Source: Gammaproteobacteria bacterium
Lineage (GTDB): Bacteria; Pseudomonadota; Gammaproteobacteria; Pseudomonadales; JANQJO01
Reading direction: 5' to 3'
DNA length: 64,000 bases
NCBI GenBank assembly: GCA_031409375.1
Contig: JANNXD010000073.1
Coordinates: forward strand, 3,486-67,485
Both the position numbers and the translations under genes were made by a program. The notes below the pieces were generated by a model. It did not search any database, was not told the DNA's origin, and was given only the letters and a program-made list of their open reading frames with translations. Below, piece after piece: positions 39,626 through 51,102 of this stretch (the first letter of the stretch is position 1; the number at the start of each line of letters is the position of its first letter).

Positions 39626-40126
39626 ATGAGCCATTTACATCAATATCGCGTCTTAGAACGCGAAAAACAAAATAAACGATTATTAGAAAGCCGACTGTTA
39701 TTACGGGCATTTCAACGCTTATGCGAGCACTGGGATCTATCTCGCAAAGAAGGTTTTGAAATACTCGGGTTAAATTCGCTCCATCAATTGAGCTCATGGC
39801 AATCTAGCACAGTCGACACCTTGCTCACCGACTCACAAATTGAGCGATTAAGTTTTCTGCTCAGCATTCATCAAACACTAGATCAACACCTCGCAACCCA
39901 AGTATTGCTGATCCAATGGTTACGCGATCCCAATAGTTTAAGCTCACTAACAGTAGATCCCAAATTCATTCCAGAAAAAGACATCATACCCCTGGAGTTG
40001 TTTCGCTGTGCCAACAAACAACAACTGCGGCATATTGCTCAGCAAATTATTGATGCCGATCCCGCAACCCTGTTTGTTCATGTGCCTCGGCATCAACTAG
40101 CCACCAGCAACAACAAGCGCTGTTGA
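39626..40126 (+). CDS. Hypothetical protein with an Xre/MbcA/ParS-like antitoxin (DUF2384-like) pattern
   Basis: [15 protein letters not shown]...[23 protein letters not shown]...IQWLRDPN resembles the toxin-binding domain layout. Its 3' end overlaps the dxs 3' end by 34 bp (convergent). Confidence 0.35.
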   Translation: MSHLHQYRVLEREKQNKRLLESRLLLRAFQRLCEHWDLSRKEGFEILGLNSLHQLSSWQSSTVDTLLTDSQIERLSFLLSIHQTLDQHLATQVLLIQWLRDPNSLSSLTVDPKFIPEKDIIPLELFRCANKQQLRHIAQQIIDADPATLFVHVPRHQLATSNNKRC

Positions 40127-42102
40127 ATGCTTCTTAAAACACCAGCTGCATCTAATCCACAGTCCGCCAGTAGATCTTCCGGCTGGCCCTGCTCAATAAA
40201 CTGATCGGGCAAGCCCAAATTTAATACCCCAACTTCAAAGCGCTGTGCCATAAAATATTCATTGACCGCAGAACCTGCACCACCAGCAATCACATTTTCT
40301 TCTATTGTTACAATCAACTGATGGCTCGCCACCATCTGTTGCATCATCAGTTGATCTAATGGCTTCACAAAACGCATGTCCACCACGCTGGCATTTAAGG
40401 TTTCTGCGACCACTAAGGCCACCTGCACCATGGAGCCAAATGCCAGGATCGCGACCTGCTCTCCTTGCCTGCGCAGCACCGCGCGACCAATCGGCAGTAC
40501 TTGCAGCGTAGATGTCGTATCAGCACCGACACCTTGACCACGTGGATAACGCACAGCGGCAGGACCCGCATGCTGATAACCGGTATATAAAAGTAAACGC
40601 GTTTCTTGTTCATCGGACGGCGCCATCACCAGCAAATTGGGAATACAGCGCAAAAAACTCAAGTCAAAACTACCCGCGTGCGTGGCCCCATCTTGGCCAA
40701 CCAACCCGGCTCGATCAATTGCGAATAAAACATCTAAGCTTTGAATGGCGACATCATGAATCAGTTGATCATAAGCACGCTGTAAAAAGGTCGAATAAAT
40801 CGCAACTACAGGTTTAAAACCTTCACAGGCAAGACCAGCAGCAAAGGTCACGCTATGCTGTTCGGCAATCGCCACATCAAAATACTGATCCGGAAAACGT
40901 TGTGAAAATTCTACCATGCCTGAACCTTCACGCATTGCGGGTGTAATGGCCATTAAACGCCCATCTTGCTCAGCCATCTGGCACAACCAATCACCAAAAA
41001 CTTGCGAATACTTTTGCGGCTTGAGCACTGGCTTTGGCGCAAGGGGCACAGCTACACTCTCAGCGACTAAAATCTCAGCTAATAAATCCCCAGCAACCAC
41101 TAAACACCCAGCTAGAGACGCTTGCGTCGCAGATTGATCAGCAGTATTTGCAGATTTTCCTGCAGTTTTGGGCTCAATTTTAGATAGCGCGTGATACCCA
41201 ACCGGATCCGACTCAGCGGGCGCATACCCTTTACCCTTTTGCGTGACCACATGCAGTAACTGCGGCCCTTTTAACAGTTTAATTCGCTCAAAATAGTCAA
41301 CCAATTGCGGTAAGTTATGGCCATCAATCGGGCCAATATAATTAAACCCCAACTCCTCAAATAAAGTGCCGGGCGATACCAAACCCTTCATATGCTCTTC
41401 GGTGCGCTTGGCCAGATTCATCGCATAAGGCAGATCTTTTAACGCTTTTTTACTACCTTCTCGTAATGCGTTATATGTCCGACTGGCCCAAATACGCGCA
41501 AAATAATTGGATAAGCCACCAATATTTTCCGAGATCGACATGCGATTATCGTTTAACACCACCAACATGTTCGGACGCAGATGGGCTGCATGATTCAGCG
41601 CCTCAAATGCCATACCGGCCGTCATCGCACCATCCCCGATAATTGCCACGGTATGCCGATCCCGCGTTTGCTGCGCCAACGCCATACCCAAAGCCGCACT
41701 GATTGAAGTACTGGAATGACCAACGCCAAAGGTATCAAATGGACTTTCGTCCCGAGAGGGGAAGCCTTTTAAACCACCCTGCTGACGTAAGCTATTCATG
41801 CGCTCACGACGTCCGGTAAGAATTTTATGCGGATAGGTTTGATGGCCCACATCCCAAACCAAGCGATCATCTGGCGTTTGAAAGCAGTAATGCAATGCAA
41901 TGGTCAGCTCAACAACCCCTAAGCCCGCCCCAAAATGACCACCAGTTTGGCCAACACTAAATAACAAAAAGGCGCGTAATTCTTCAGCCAATAAAGGCAA
42001 CTGATCGGCGGCCAGTTGACGTAATTGGCCGGGGTGATCAATGGCGTCCAACAAAGGTGTACGAGGGCGAAATTCTGGGATTTTATTGATCATGGGCGTC
42101 AT
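40093..42102 (-). CDS. dxs: 1-deoxy-D-xylulose-5-phosphate synthase
   Basis: [33 protein letters not shown] and [18 protein letters not shown]. It carries an insertion of about 45 aa in the domain I/II linker relative to E. coli Dxs. Confidence 0.95.
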   Translation of the reverse strand: MTPMINKIPEFRPRTPLLDAIDHPGQLRQLAADQLPLLAEELRAFLLFSVGQTGGHFGAGLGVVELTIALHYCFQTPDDRLVWDVGHQTYPHKILTGRRERMNSLRQQGGLKGFPSRDESPFDTFGVGHSSTSISAALGMALAQQTRDRHTVAIIGDGAMTAGMAFEALNHAAHLRPNMLVVLNDNRMSISENIGGLSNYFARIWASRTYNALREGSKKALKDLPYAMNLAKRTEEHMKGLVSPGTLFEELGFNYIGPIDGHNLPQLVDYFERIKLLKGPQLLHVVTQKGKGYAPAESDPVGYHALSKIEPKTAGKSANTADQSATQASLAGCLVVAGDLLAEILVAESVAVPLAPKPVLKPQKYSQVFGDWLCQMAEQDGRLMAITPAMREGSGMVEFSQRFPDQYFDVAIAEQHSVTFAAGLACEGFKPVVAIYSTFLQRAYDQLIHDVAIQSLDVLFAIDRAGLVGQDGATHAGSFDLSFLRCIPNLLVMAPSDEQETRLLLYTGYQHAGPAAVRYPRGQGVGADTTSTLQVLPIGRAVLRRQGEQVAILAFGSMVQVALVVAETLNASVVDMRFVKPLDQLMMQQMVASHQLIVTIEENVIAGGAGSAVNEYFMAQRFEVGVLNLGLPDQFIEQGQPEDLLADCGLDAAGVLRSIQQRLLLLVAS

Positions 42103-42120
42103 AACTTCTCATCAAGCGCA

Positions 42121-43107
42121 CTAGTACGAACGTTCTATCAGCGCGGTAGCCAATGCCTGTAAAAGGCGAGTATCGGCTTGCGGTACCCGCAACAATGCTT
42201 GCTGCGCTCGTTGCAAGCATTGTTGCGCCAGTTGCTTTGCGCCCTCAAGACCAATGAATGCCGGATAGGTCAGCTTCGCCAACGACTGATCAGCGCCGAC
42301 CGTTTTACCGAGCACTTCAGTTGTGCTGGTGATATCCAGAATATCGTCTTGAATTTGAAAACCCAGACCAATAGCATGACCAAACTCCTCCAGCGCTTGC
42401 AAAGTACCGAGATTGCCGACATCAACACCAGCCGCTAACGCACCTAACCCAACACTTAAGGCAATCAAGCAACCGGTTTTATGTCGGTGAATACTCTCCA
42501 ATTGTTCAGCGTTTACTAAAAATGGTTCAGGGGTTGCTAATGGTTGAGGGGTTGGTGAAGAAGGCTTCAAAATTTCCAACGACTGCAGCTGCCCTGTTGC
42601 CGCCAGGTCCAACGCTTGTCCACCAACCATACCTTGGGCACCACTGGCCTGAGCCAACATGCTCACCATTTTCACCACCTGCACCGCAGGCAATGCACTT
42701 TCAGCCATCACCTCAAACGCTAAAGATTGCATAGCATCACCCACTAAAATTGCTGTCGCGGGATCAAATGCGACATGACAAGTCGGCAACCCCCGGCGCA
42801 GCACATCATTATCCATCGCCGGTAAATCATCATGGACTAAAGAGTACGCATGCATTAATTCCACTGCCATGGCGACTGGATCGACTACCTGCCAATCATC
42901 TGCAAACGCCAAATAACTGGCATAAACCAACGCCGGTCTTAAGCGTTTGCCACCCGACAACACCGAGTAACGCATCGCCTCCGCCAATCGCGGTGCTACC
43001 GATAACACGGCCGGCTCAAAACGTAACTGCAATTGTGCTTGCACACGCGCCTGAACCTGCACCATAAATTCGGCAAGGGGCAAACCAGAGGCTTTATTCA
43101 TCAACAT
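42121..43107 (-). CDS. ispA: Farnesyl diphosphate synthase
   Basis: LVHDDLPAMDND (first DDxxD) and FQIQDDILD (second DDxxD). It has a Pro-rich insertion of about 20 aa before RHKTG. Confidence 0.9.
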   Translation of the reverse strand: MLMNKASGLPLAEFMVQVQARVQAQLQLRFEPAVLSVAPRLAEAMRYSVLSGGKRLRPALVYASYLAFADDWQVVDPVAMAVELMHAYSLVHDDLPAMDNDVLRRGLPTCHVAFDPATAILVGDAMQSLAFEVMAESALPAVQVVKMVSMLAQASGAQGMVGGQALDLAATGQLQSLEILKPSSPTPQPLATPEPFLVNAEQLESIHRHKTGCLIALSVGLGALAAGVDVGNLGTLQALEEFGHAIGLGFQIQDDILDITSTTEVLGKTVGADQSLAKLTYPAFIGLEGAKQLAQQCLQRAQQALLRVPQADTRLLQALATALIERSY

Positions 43108-43110
43108 TGA

Positions 43111-43386
43111 TTAACTGTCTTCCCCGTCAAAATCAACAAACACACCTGCCCCTGGCTCCGAGTGATCAAGGTCTAACGATTCATGATCAACGGACGAATC
43201 CAATAAAATCTGCACCCGTTGTTCGGCTCGCTGCAGAGCGTCCTGGCATTGTCGTGTCAAACCAACACCTTTTTCAAACGCCTTGAGGGCATCATCCAAG
43301 CTCAAATTACCAACTTCTAAATCTTCAACCAGCGATGCCAGCTCGGTCATGGCCCGCTCAAAATGTATCTTTTTTTTGATCACCAA
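43111..43386 (-). CDS. xseB: Exodeoxyribonuclease VII small subunit
   Basis: [55 protein letters not shown] is co-linear with E. coli XseB. It uses a TTG or GTG start, and the xseB-ispA-dxs order is conserved. Confidence 0.85.
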   Translation of the reverse strand: MVIKKKIHFERAMTELASLVEDLEVGNLSLDDALKAFEKGVGLTRQCQDALQRAEQRVQILLDSSVDHESLDLDHSEPGAGVFVDFDGEDS

Positions 43387-43621
43387 GTGATTACTCTCTC
43401 GTCATCCAGCTTAATAAAGGAACAGCGCTGCATTGTACTGTAATGCCAAGGCGCAGAGTACTGCAACGCCATCGCACAGACACATTTATCAGCAACAATT
43501 CACTACGAATTCGCAGCATTTTTATCAACCCGACGTTTGGTCGGAATTCCAAGATTGGTCCATACTCTCAACAGATGCTATAGCATACCCAAATGCATAA
43601 ACGACCCACAGGAACATATCA

Positions 43622-44185
43622 ATGATCAATACGCTGGAAAGACGGCGCTATATACGAATAACTGATACCCTAAAACTGCGCTACTGGTTCGCCGCCAGTA
43701 CTCAGACGCCCCCTTCCAATGCCGATCAACAACACATCCAATTTATGAGCATCGAAAGCCAAGTACAACTTCTACTACGCCATCTGCCGACACAAGCCCA
43801 TAAGTTTTCTGAGTTACTTCAGCTCATCAATCAGAAACTTAACTTGTTAGAAATGCGGATTAACTTACCCATACCGGCCTTTGAACAAAGACAAGTGAAT
43901 TTAAGCGGCTGCGGAATCGCCTTTGCAATTAGTGAGGTGGAAAAAAAAGAGGTATATGTCATCGGCAGCGTGATGCAAGTTGAAATGATTCTGGCACCTT
44001 ACGACAGCCCAGTTTGTTTTTCAGCAGAAGTGATCAGCTGTGGCGTTGAAGCCGAGCTACCTCAACAACTCACACTCCGTTTAGAATTTAGAAACATGCC
44101 TTCGCATATGGAAGATTTACTGGTGCATTACATTCTCAAACGTCAAAGCCAGCTCTTAAAAATAAGCCGCTCGCAAACCATGTGA
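43622..44185 (+). CDS. PilZ domain-containing protein (c-di-GMP receptor candidate)
   Basis: RRRYIRI (RxxxR) near the N-terminus and NLSGCGIAF ((D/N)xSxxG). Confidence 0.65.
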   Translation: MINTLERRRYIRITDTLKLRYWFAASTQTPPSNADQQHIQFMSIESQVQLLLRHLPTQAHKFSELLQLINQKLNLLEMRINLPIPAFEQRQVNLSGCGIAFAISEVEKKEVYVIGSVMQVEMILAPYDSPVCFSAEVISCGVEAELPQQLTLRLEFRNMPSHMEDLLVHYILKRQSQLLKISRSQTM

Positions 44186-44287
44186 TCTAGTTCCTATTTT
44201 TTTAGTGATACTTTCACACATCCGTAATAATGCCTACCTATCCTGCCACCCATCAGAAATTCATATTAATAGCACGGGGTAGGCAAT

Positions 44288-45277
44288 ATGTTGGCAGTAA
44301 AAAAACAAAGCACTTTTGGCACATATCCTTCAGCTTCACCAAAACAAATTGGTCATTCCAATCAGCACAATGTCTGCGATAATTTTTTAAGCGGCATTCG
44401 AACACTTTTTGCTCACGCACTTCCACCCAAAGCTAATATCATCGAAGACCCACGCTCACCGATTTCTTGCTCGCAATTTTCGATTTCTCGCTCAAGCACA
44501 GAAACAACAGCATCCATGTCCTTCATTGAACCAGTAGAAGTATTTCGACTCATGCAACCAGTCACGATGAATATTGATAGCATTCGTCGATCCCTAAATG
44601 AAGGCATGGAACCCAAAGAAATTATTACTTCGACGTTAAAAGAACAACAAATCCCAGAGAGTTATGTTCAAATATTAACTGAAAAAGCATTAGCTGATTA
44701 TAATTTACAAAAAAGATCAACGCCTCTAAAAACCCTTCCAGGTGCGAAAAATTTTATTCAATTGCTCCAAAAAAATAATATTGATTTTTGTTTTTGCACC
44801 AATGCAGGCAAAGAAAAAACCAAAAATCAGCTTAAAAAAGCGTTTAATCAAGATTTTACTGTTTTTGGAAAATGCCACAAAGGTAAAGACAAAAAATCAC
44901 AGATCACCGCCAGAATGCTCAGCAATCAATACCCAAGAAAAATATTAATAGTCATTGGTAATGAATTAAATGACTTTAAATTCAACCAAGACTTACAGCG
45001 TATAGGCGCCAAAGCTCGGTGCATCTTAGTTGGCGAGCATTCAAAAAGACCCATTACAAACATTGACATCCTTAAAGACCCACCATATTTTTCGTTTAAT
45101 GTGCACGATTATGAAAACGGTTTCAATGCAGCAAAAAAATTAATTGAAGGTTATGGTGCGGACAATGTAGCAGTCATTATGGACGTACATGGCACCGTTT
45201 TAGACACTGCTGATCTATTAAAAACAGTTACAACTAATATCATTGAACAACAGTATGACCCGATTAACTTTCAATAA
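44288..45277 (+). CDS. Hypothetical protein, AT-rich gene, degenerate HAD-like core
   Basis: LPGAKNFIQLLQKNNIDFCFCTNAG (motif II-like) and VIGNELND (motif IV-like, with N in place of D). The only DxxxT-like string (IMDVHGTVLD) lies near the C-terminus. The gene is visibly richer in A/T than its neighbours. Confidence 0.45.
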   Translation: MLAVKKQSTFGTYPSASPKQIGHSNQHNVCDNFLSGIRTLFAHALPPKANIIEDPRSPISCSQFSISRSSTETTASMSFIEPVEVFRLMQPVTMNIDSIRRSLNEGMEPKEIITSTLKEQQIPESYVQILTEKALADYNLQKRSTPLKTLPGAKNFIQLLQKNNIDFCFCTNAGKEKTKNQLKKAFNQDFTVFGKCHKGKDKKSQITARMLSNQYPRKILIVIGNELNDFKFNQDLQRIGAKARCILVGEHSKRPITNIDILKDPPYFSFNVHDYENGFNAAKKLIEGYGADNVAVIMDVHGTVLDTADLLKTVTTNIIEQQYDPINFQ

Positions 45278-45349
45278 TACACAACCCCATAGCGCGGGTA
45301 TACCAAAGACTAGGAAGGTGTGATATTTTCAGTGCACAAGTGAATCCCC

Positions 45350-46741
45350 TTACATTAATCGATAAAAACCATTCAATGCTGCGACCCGATAAGCTTCTGC
45401 CATAGTCGGATAATTAAAAGTTGTTTTTATAAAATACTCCAAGGTATTGGCTTTGCCTTCTTGATTCATGATGGCCTGACCAATATGCACAATTTCAGCT
45501 GCCTGCTCACCAAAGCAATGAATACCCAGAATTTCATATGTCTCTCTATGAAATAAAATTTTTAACACCCCCACCATGGTTCCACTGATTTGCGCACGCG
45601 CTAAGGTTTTAAAGTGCGCTTTTCCAATTTCATAAGGTACTTTATCGCGCGTGAGTTCTTGCTCGGTACGCCCTAACGAACTAATTTCAGGTATGGTATA
45701 AATGCCGGTAGGCACACTCGACACGAAATAATTTTCATCCGGATCAGTGATTACGCCGCCCAAAGCCCTGCCTTGATCATACGCAGAACTGGCCAATGCT
45801 GGCCAACCGATGACATCACCGGCCGCATAAATGTGAGGTACTGAGGTTTGATAATGTTGATCAACCGTCAATTGGCCGCGATTATTGGGTTGCAAGCCAC
45901 ACTTTTCGATATCCATATTGTCGGTATTACCGACACGACCATTACACCATAACAAGGCATCAGCTTTTAATCGCTTGCCTGATTTCAGCACCAACTCAAC
46001 GCGATCTTTACTGGTATGAACGGCCTCATACTCTTCACTATGACGGATCAATACGCCAATATCTCGCAAATGATAACTAAGCGCATCCGAAATTTCGTGA
46101 TCAAGAAAATCCAACAAACGCCCGCGCGTATCAATCAATTCAACCCGTACACCTAAGCCACAAAAAATGGAGGCGTATTCGCAACCAATAACACCAGCAC
46201 CATAAATAATAATTTTGCGCGGCGTATGACTGAGTTGCAAAATAGTATCACTGTCGTACACCCGCTCATTTTCAAAATCAACATCCGGCGGGTGATAGGG
46301 CCGTGAACCTGTGCAAATCATCACTTTTTCTGCCAACAAGGTTTCAGAAATCCCTTCCCCCGTCACCACTTCAACTTTATGGGCATCTACAAACCGCGCC
46401 CGACCAAAATACAGTTTGATACGATTTTTAGCGTAAAAAGTAGTACGCAGCTGCACCTGTTTTTGAATGATGCTGGCAGCACGACTCAACACCTTGGGGA
46501 ATGGGAAAAACCGTGGTTCACCAATCTCGCGAAACAAGGGATCGGTATTAAAACGAATGATTTGCTCAACCGCAGAACGCAACGCTTTGGATGGAATGGT
46601 ACCCAAATGCGCACAATTACCACCCACCATGCCTTTTTCATCAATCACAGCAACCTTAACCCCCAAACGACTGGCGCGCATGGCGCAACCCTCACCCGCA
46701 GGGCCTGCCCCAATAATAACCAGATCAAAATGTGTTGGCAT
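45350..46741 (-). CDS. sthA: Soluble pyridine nucleotide transhydrogenase (Si-specific)
   Basis: [46 protein letters not shown] and a C-terminal dimerisation domain. It is co-linear with E. coli SthA. Confidence 0.9.
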   Translation of the reverse strand: MPTHFDLVIIGAGPAGEGCAMRASRLGVKVAVIDEKGMVGGNCAHLGTIPSKALRSAVEQIIRFNTDPLFREIGEPRFFPFPKVLSRAASIIQKQVQLRTTFYAKNRIKLYFGRARFVDAHKVEVVTGEGISETLLAEKVMICTGSRPYHPPDVDFENERVYDSDTILQLSHTPRKIIIYGAGVIGCEYASIFCGLGVRVELIDTRGRLLDFLDHEISDALSYHLRDIGVLIRHSEEYEAVHTSKDRVELVLKSGKRLKADALLWCNGRVGNTDNMDIEKCGLQPNNRGQLTVDQHYQTSVPHIYAAGDVIGWPALASSAYDQGRALGGVITDPDENYFVSSVPTGIYTIPEISSLGRTEQELTRDKVPYEIGKAHFKTLARAQISGTMVGVLKILFHRETYEILGIHCFGEQAAEIVHIGQAIMNQEGKANTLEYFIKTTFNYPTMAEAYRVAALNGFYRLM

Positions 46742-46897
46742 AAGCTGACTTTTGCATCCCTATTTTTAATTGATCGTGAGCGGTTTTATTTTTCGTGAAT
46801 TGTAAAACTAAGAATAGAATATCCGCCCCATAAAATCTGCTAACATGTTCGGCCATGCAATTGACATCATTCAATTGAGCGTCTGGAGACAATACTG

Positions 46898-49153
46898 ATG
46901 AAACCTGCCATCAAACGAGTATTATGGATTACGCTGCTGTTAATCGGCATACCACTAGCCATGGCAGCAATCGCCATTGTGGTGTTAACCCAGATCAATC
47001 CAAACACTTACAAAGAGCGTGTCACACAAACCATTTCTCAACAAACGGGTTTAGTGGTCAATATTGGCAAAATTAGCTGGTCATTTTTTCCTTGGCTCGG
47101 CATGCAAGCGGAGAATATCAGCCTTCAAAACCCACAATTAACAATAGATGACCCCGCACGTCAATTATTACAAATGCGTAAGGCTGACATTAAAATTAAA
47201 GTGATGCCGTTATTTTCCGGCAATGTACAGATCGGCACCTTACGCTTTGACCAACCCAAGGTTATTTATTATCTGAGCAGCAATGGCAAATCCAATTGGC
47301 AACGATTGGAAAATCCCGCTTCACCACCGGAAATTGCATCAAACAGCACAGCACCACCGCTGAATATGATTGATGTCGAAGCGCTTGTCATTGATCAAGC
47401 CGAAATCAGCTATCGAGATCCAACACAACACTGGCAACTCAAACCAGTGAATATTACGCTTGCGGATATTCGGCTACAAAATCAAATTTTATTACAGCCA
47501 GTACATATCAAGCTTGAGGCTCACGCCGAAGATAAAAACATCGCGAAAACAGAAATCGATATACAACTCAACTCGCCCTTGTCGTTACAAGTTCCACAAC
47601 AAGACTTTAATCAGCTGATCGCCCAAATGTCGCCGCTTTCTTTGCAAGTGAATTATAGAGACAGCGCTTTTCCCCAAGGTTTAAAAGCAAAAATAAACAA
47701 CAATCTTCACCTTGATTTAAGCAAAAACCAATTAACACTGACTGAGCTACAACTGGATGTTGCTGATGCCAAACTCACTGGAAACGCAACTGTGAATGCA
47801 TTAACGCAGCAACCTCAAATAACCGCTCTTCTTAATTTGGCCCCATTAAATTTAGCTAACTGGTTGCAAAAAAATCTACAGCTCTCACTGAATTTACCCA
47901 GCGATAGATTGCAGCAAGTTAGCTTCAACGGGGAGCTTAAAACGGATGGTAAAAATTTGAGCATTCAACCGCTACAACTTCGTCTCGATGAGAGCACGAT
48001 TAATGGCGATCTAGTTATCAGCAATTTACAACAACCCATCATGCAAGCCAACTTGCAAATCGATCACCTTAATCTCGATCAATATCTGCCACCTTCAGCG
48101 CCAGCTACATCCACCCATACAGAATCTCCTCCCAATGCAACTAGTAATAATAGCGAACTTTTTCCCGTCGCTACGCTGCGCGAATTAAACGTAAAAACCA
48201 ATCTCACTATTGATCAACTTCAGTATCGCAATCTCGATATAAAAAATACCCAGCTAAAGTTGGATGCGCGTAATGGTTTAATCAAGATCACCCAGTTACG
48301 CGCTAACTTGTTGCAAGGATCAGTGGATGCAGTAGGCGCATTAGATGTTCGAGGGACAACACCAACTCTTAATTTCAAACCAAAAGTTCAGGGTCTACAA
48401 ATTCAACCTTTGCTCAGCGCTTTACAACAAAAGCCCATGTTCAGTGGTGAATTGAATATGGATGGCGAAGCCAATACTCAGGGGCAAACTGTGTCGCAAT
48501 TGACCCAAGGATTAATGTCGCAACTTAACGTGAACGTGAATAAAGGTGCATTAAAAGACATTAATATTCTCCAAAAAATTCAAGAAGCATTGAATACCTT
48601 GGTACCCTTAGTCAGCGCGCTGTTACCCAATCAATCTTTTCCTAAAATGCCGGCGGCTTTAAGCAATGACACAGAGTTTAAACAACTCTTAGCCAGTGCC
48701 ACCATTGAAAATGGCATCGTCAAAACACAACAATTAAATATAGGCTTGGATCAAGCACAACTGCATGGTGACGCCAACTGGTCTTTGGTGAATGATCAAG
48801 GTAACCTTCATTTCCAAGTCACGCTTGCCGATAGCCTAGTGAATGCGAAACTGGCCGCCATACAATGGCCAGTGAATTGCCAAATCAATCTGGTCAGCCT
48901 TCCCAAATGCGGGATTGACATTGGTCCGATTCGTCAGCAGATAGAAAAATCATTAGCCTCGGCAGCCAAAGATAACGCCAAACAGAAACTCAATGAAGAA
49001 TTAAACAAACGGCTAGGACTCGAAGGAGGTGCCAACGCTGAAGCGGCCGCAAAAGAATCGGCTAAAGCCGCTCTGCAACAACAAGAAATAGACGCAAAAC
49101 AAAAAGCCGAAGAGAAAATTAACAAGGTGCTGAACAAATTCTTTAAACAATAA
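46898..49153 (+). CDS. asmA: AsmA family outer-membrane biogenesis protein
   Basis: N-terminal anchor, then NPNTYKERVTQTISQQTGLVVNIGKISWSFFPWLGM, which is typical of AsmA, followed by a long beta-rich region. Confidence 0.8.
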   Translation: MKPAIKRVLWITLLLIGIPLAMAAIAIVVLTQINPNTYKERVTQTISQQTGLVVNIGKISWSFFPWLGMQAENISLQNPQLTIDDPARQLLQMRKADIKIKVMPLFSGNVQIGTLRFDQPKVIYYLSSNGKSNWQRLENPASPPEIASNSTAPPLNMIDVEALVIDQAEISYRDPTQHWQLKPVNITLADIRLQNQILLQPVHIKLEAHAEDKNIAKTEIDIQLNSPLSLQVPQQDFNQLIAQMSPLSLQVNYRDSAFPQGLKAKINNNLHLDLSKNQLTLTELQLDVADAKLTGNATVNALTQQPQITALLNLAPLNLANWLQKNLQLSLNLPSDRLQQVSFNGELKTDGKNLSIQPLQLRLDESTINGDLVISNLQQPIMQANLQIDHLNLDQYLPPSAPATSTHTESPPNATSNNSELFPVATLRELNVKTNLTIDQLQYRNLDIKNTQLKLDARNGLIKITQLRANLLQGSVDAVGALDVRGTTPTLNFKPKVQGLQIQPLLSALQQKPMFSGELNMDGEANTQGQTVSQLTQGLMSQLNVNVNKGALKDINILQKIQEALNTLVPLVSALLPNQSFPKMPAALSNDTEFKQLLASATIENGIVKTQQLNIGLDQAQLHGDANWSLVNDQGNLHFQVTLADSLVNAKLAAIQWPVNCQINLVSLPKCGIDIGPIRQQIEKSLASAAKDNAKQKLNEELNKRLGLEGGANAEAAAKESAKAALQQQEIDAKQKAEEKINKVLNKFFKQ

Positions 49154-49164
49154 TAAATACTCGT

Positions 49165-50430
49165 TTATTTATTAGCTGCTAATCCACTCGCCAAGGTGGC
49201 TCCGCAATGGGTATTGGCTTTAGCGGGCAGCTTGCCATAAAAACTTGGGCCTACGGTATAAGGAAAAACCGGCGCACCCTCTTCATCAAGCGTAACGTGA
49301 TAATGATACCCATGCACGGCATCTGCATGCCCGTTATGCTCATCTAAATATTCATCACCTTGCTCGGTTAAACGCTCATCCCAATAATAATCTTCATAAT
49401 AAAATCCCGATTCAGCAATAAACGTATTTTCAGAGGCCACAACCACTTGGGTACTGGTTCTGGGACCAGCTGAAGAAATAACGGTTCGGTCATGTGCCGC
49501 ATCCAGCGGATTATCAAGCAGACAAGTACGTACACCCGAAGCACCGCAACCCGTATCTGAGTTAGCATCCGCATAATCTCTTTTTACCCATGAACTTTTT
49601 GCCATGGTACCCGTAGTTTCCCAAGGGCCGTATATAGGATACCCATCAGCAGCATAACCATAAATTGGAGAATGTCCTGTTTCAGTTTCTCCAGCCACTT
49701 CAGCTAAGCAACTAGAATACGCGTGATGATGATAATCACCATCACGCGCATGGCCATTGCAAATATCCACATCATATTGTTCGATGATCGGTGCCAACTC
49801 ATGCCAAATATCTCGATCATTATAACTGCTGCCCGCTAGCCAGCCATAAATCGAAGTGCCATTGACCCATAAACCAATACTGCCCTCACCCACTGCACAA
49901 GGCTCCGTTGCGGTATCGGGTGTAGGTTTTCGCGTAAAATACACCTCATGCGCCTGCTTTTCTGGACAACCTGAGCTTGTCGGCCAAAAACCATAACCCG
50001 CATTTGCATTACAAGTCGTGTCGCTGTTAAAGCCGATGTCTTCACCAAAACCAAGTATTTGATCAACAATAATGTTGGGAATGCCTCCCTCAAAATCACT
50101 CGCGGCATTCGGGCGAGCATTGAGCATTTCTATGAGCTCTGAAGTTACCGTCACTGCATAATTGGGTATGCCGCTAGCGTTAACCATCACATAGTCACCG
50201 CTTTTTTGAACACTCTGCACGTTGACTAGAAGTGCACCTTGATTGCCTTTAAGGAAAGCCGATTTTTCTGTTGAATTTTGTACCCAAACATCGCATAAAT
50301 CGGTACCAGCAGCACAGTTGATTGCCGTACCTAAACCACCACCAGTAAAGCCATTGCCACCACTCTCGCCCCCACAAGCATTTAATAACAACAGGCCAAT
50401 GCTGAATATTATTTTGGGTTGCACCTTCAT
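49165..50430 (-). CDS. YHYH-domain lipoprotein
   Basis: Lipobox LLLNAC. DGDYHHHAY and HGYHYHV motifs are typical of YHYH domain proteins. Confidence 0.6.
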   Translation of the reverse strand: MKVQPKIIFSIGLLLLNACGGESGGNGFTGGGLGTAINCAAGTDLCDVWVQNSTEKSAFLKGNQGALLVNVQSVQKSGDYVMVNASGIPNYAVTVTSELIEMLNARPNAASDFEGGIPNIIVDQILGFGEDIGFNSDTTCNANAGYGFWPTSSGCPEKQAHEVYFTRKPTPDTATEPCAVGEGSIGLWVNGTSIYGWLAGSSYNDRDIWHELAPIIEQYDVDICNGHARDGDYHHHAYSSCLAEVAGETETGHSPIYGYAADGYPIYGPWETTGTMAKSSWVKRDYADANSDTGCGASGVRTCLLDNPLDAAHDRTVISSAGPRTSTQVVVASENTFIAESGFYYEDYYWDERLTEQGDEYLDEHNGHADAVHGYHYHVTLDEEGAPVFPYTVGPSFYGKLPAKANTHCGATLASGLAANK

Positions 50431-50454
50431 GGCTGAATTCCTCTCTAAACGATG

Positions 50455-51102
50455 TTAACCAACTGATGCACTCTTAATAGCCCGCAATTGCTGATCATGT
50501 AAGCTTGATAAAAAAAACAAACCCATTATGGCACCAAAGAGTGCAAACGCCATGTCTGATTGTGTATCCCATATATAACCTTGCGTGCCGAGAAAGGATT
50601 CCGCTGCTTCGCCAGACGTTAATGCAGCAATCCATTCTATTAATTCATACACCGCGCTCAGCGCTAAACACAAACACACCACCAAAAAATTTAACCATTT
50701 CTTACCGTTGACTACTTGCTTACGCTGCAAAATTTCTCGCGCTACTATCGCTGGAATAAATCCTTGCGCAAAATGCCCAAGCTTGTCGTACTGATTGCGA
50801 GTTGAATCGAATAACCAATTGAACTGGTCAAAGCCAGGCACTAAGGCATAGGTGTAATGACCACCGATCATTAAAATAACGCTATGAATTAAAATTAGCC
50901 AATACACTAAAGGCGTAAGCGGAAATGTTCGATAAGTCATCATTAATACAAGCAGACCCATTAATGCAGGCAACACCTCTAACCACCAAGTTAGTCGATC
51001 ATAGGGATAAATGCTGGACCAGATCAATGCGCTGAAATATACCAACAACCAAAGACACTTAGCTAGGTTCGACCAATAATTTGAACTACACGAGTGCAGC
51101 AT
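50455..51102 (-). CDS. DUF2238 (YjdF-like) inner membrane protein
   Basis: About 6 TM segments in 215 aa, and a QYDKLGHFAQGF-like motif. It starts 10 bp downstream of the megasynthase stop. Confidence 0.5.
   Translation of the reverse strand: MLHSCSSNYWSNLAKCLWLLVYFSALIWSSIYPYDRLTWWLEVLPALMGLLVLMMTYRTFPLTPLVYWLILIHSVILMIGGHYTYALVPGFDQFNWLFDSTRNQYDKLGHFAQGFIPAIVAREILQRKQVVNGKKWLNFLVVCLCLALSAVYELIEWIAALTSGEAAESFLGTQGYIWDTQSDMAFALFGAIMGLFFLSSLHDQQLRAIKSASVG

Noticed and set aside
49154-49190. The AT-only inverted repeat TAATAAATA...TATTTATTA between asmA and the YHYH gene read as a terminator.
   Set aside because: The stem is made purely of A-T pairs and overlaps both stop codons, so it is too weak to call without RNA-end data.
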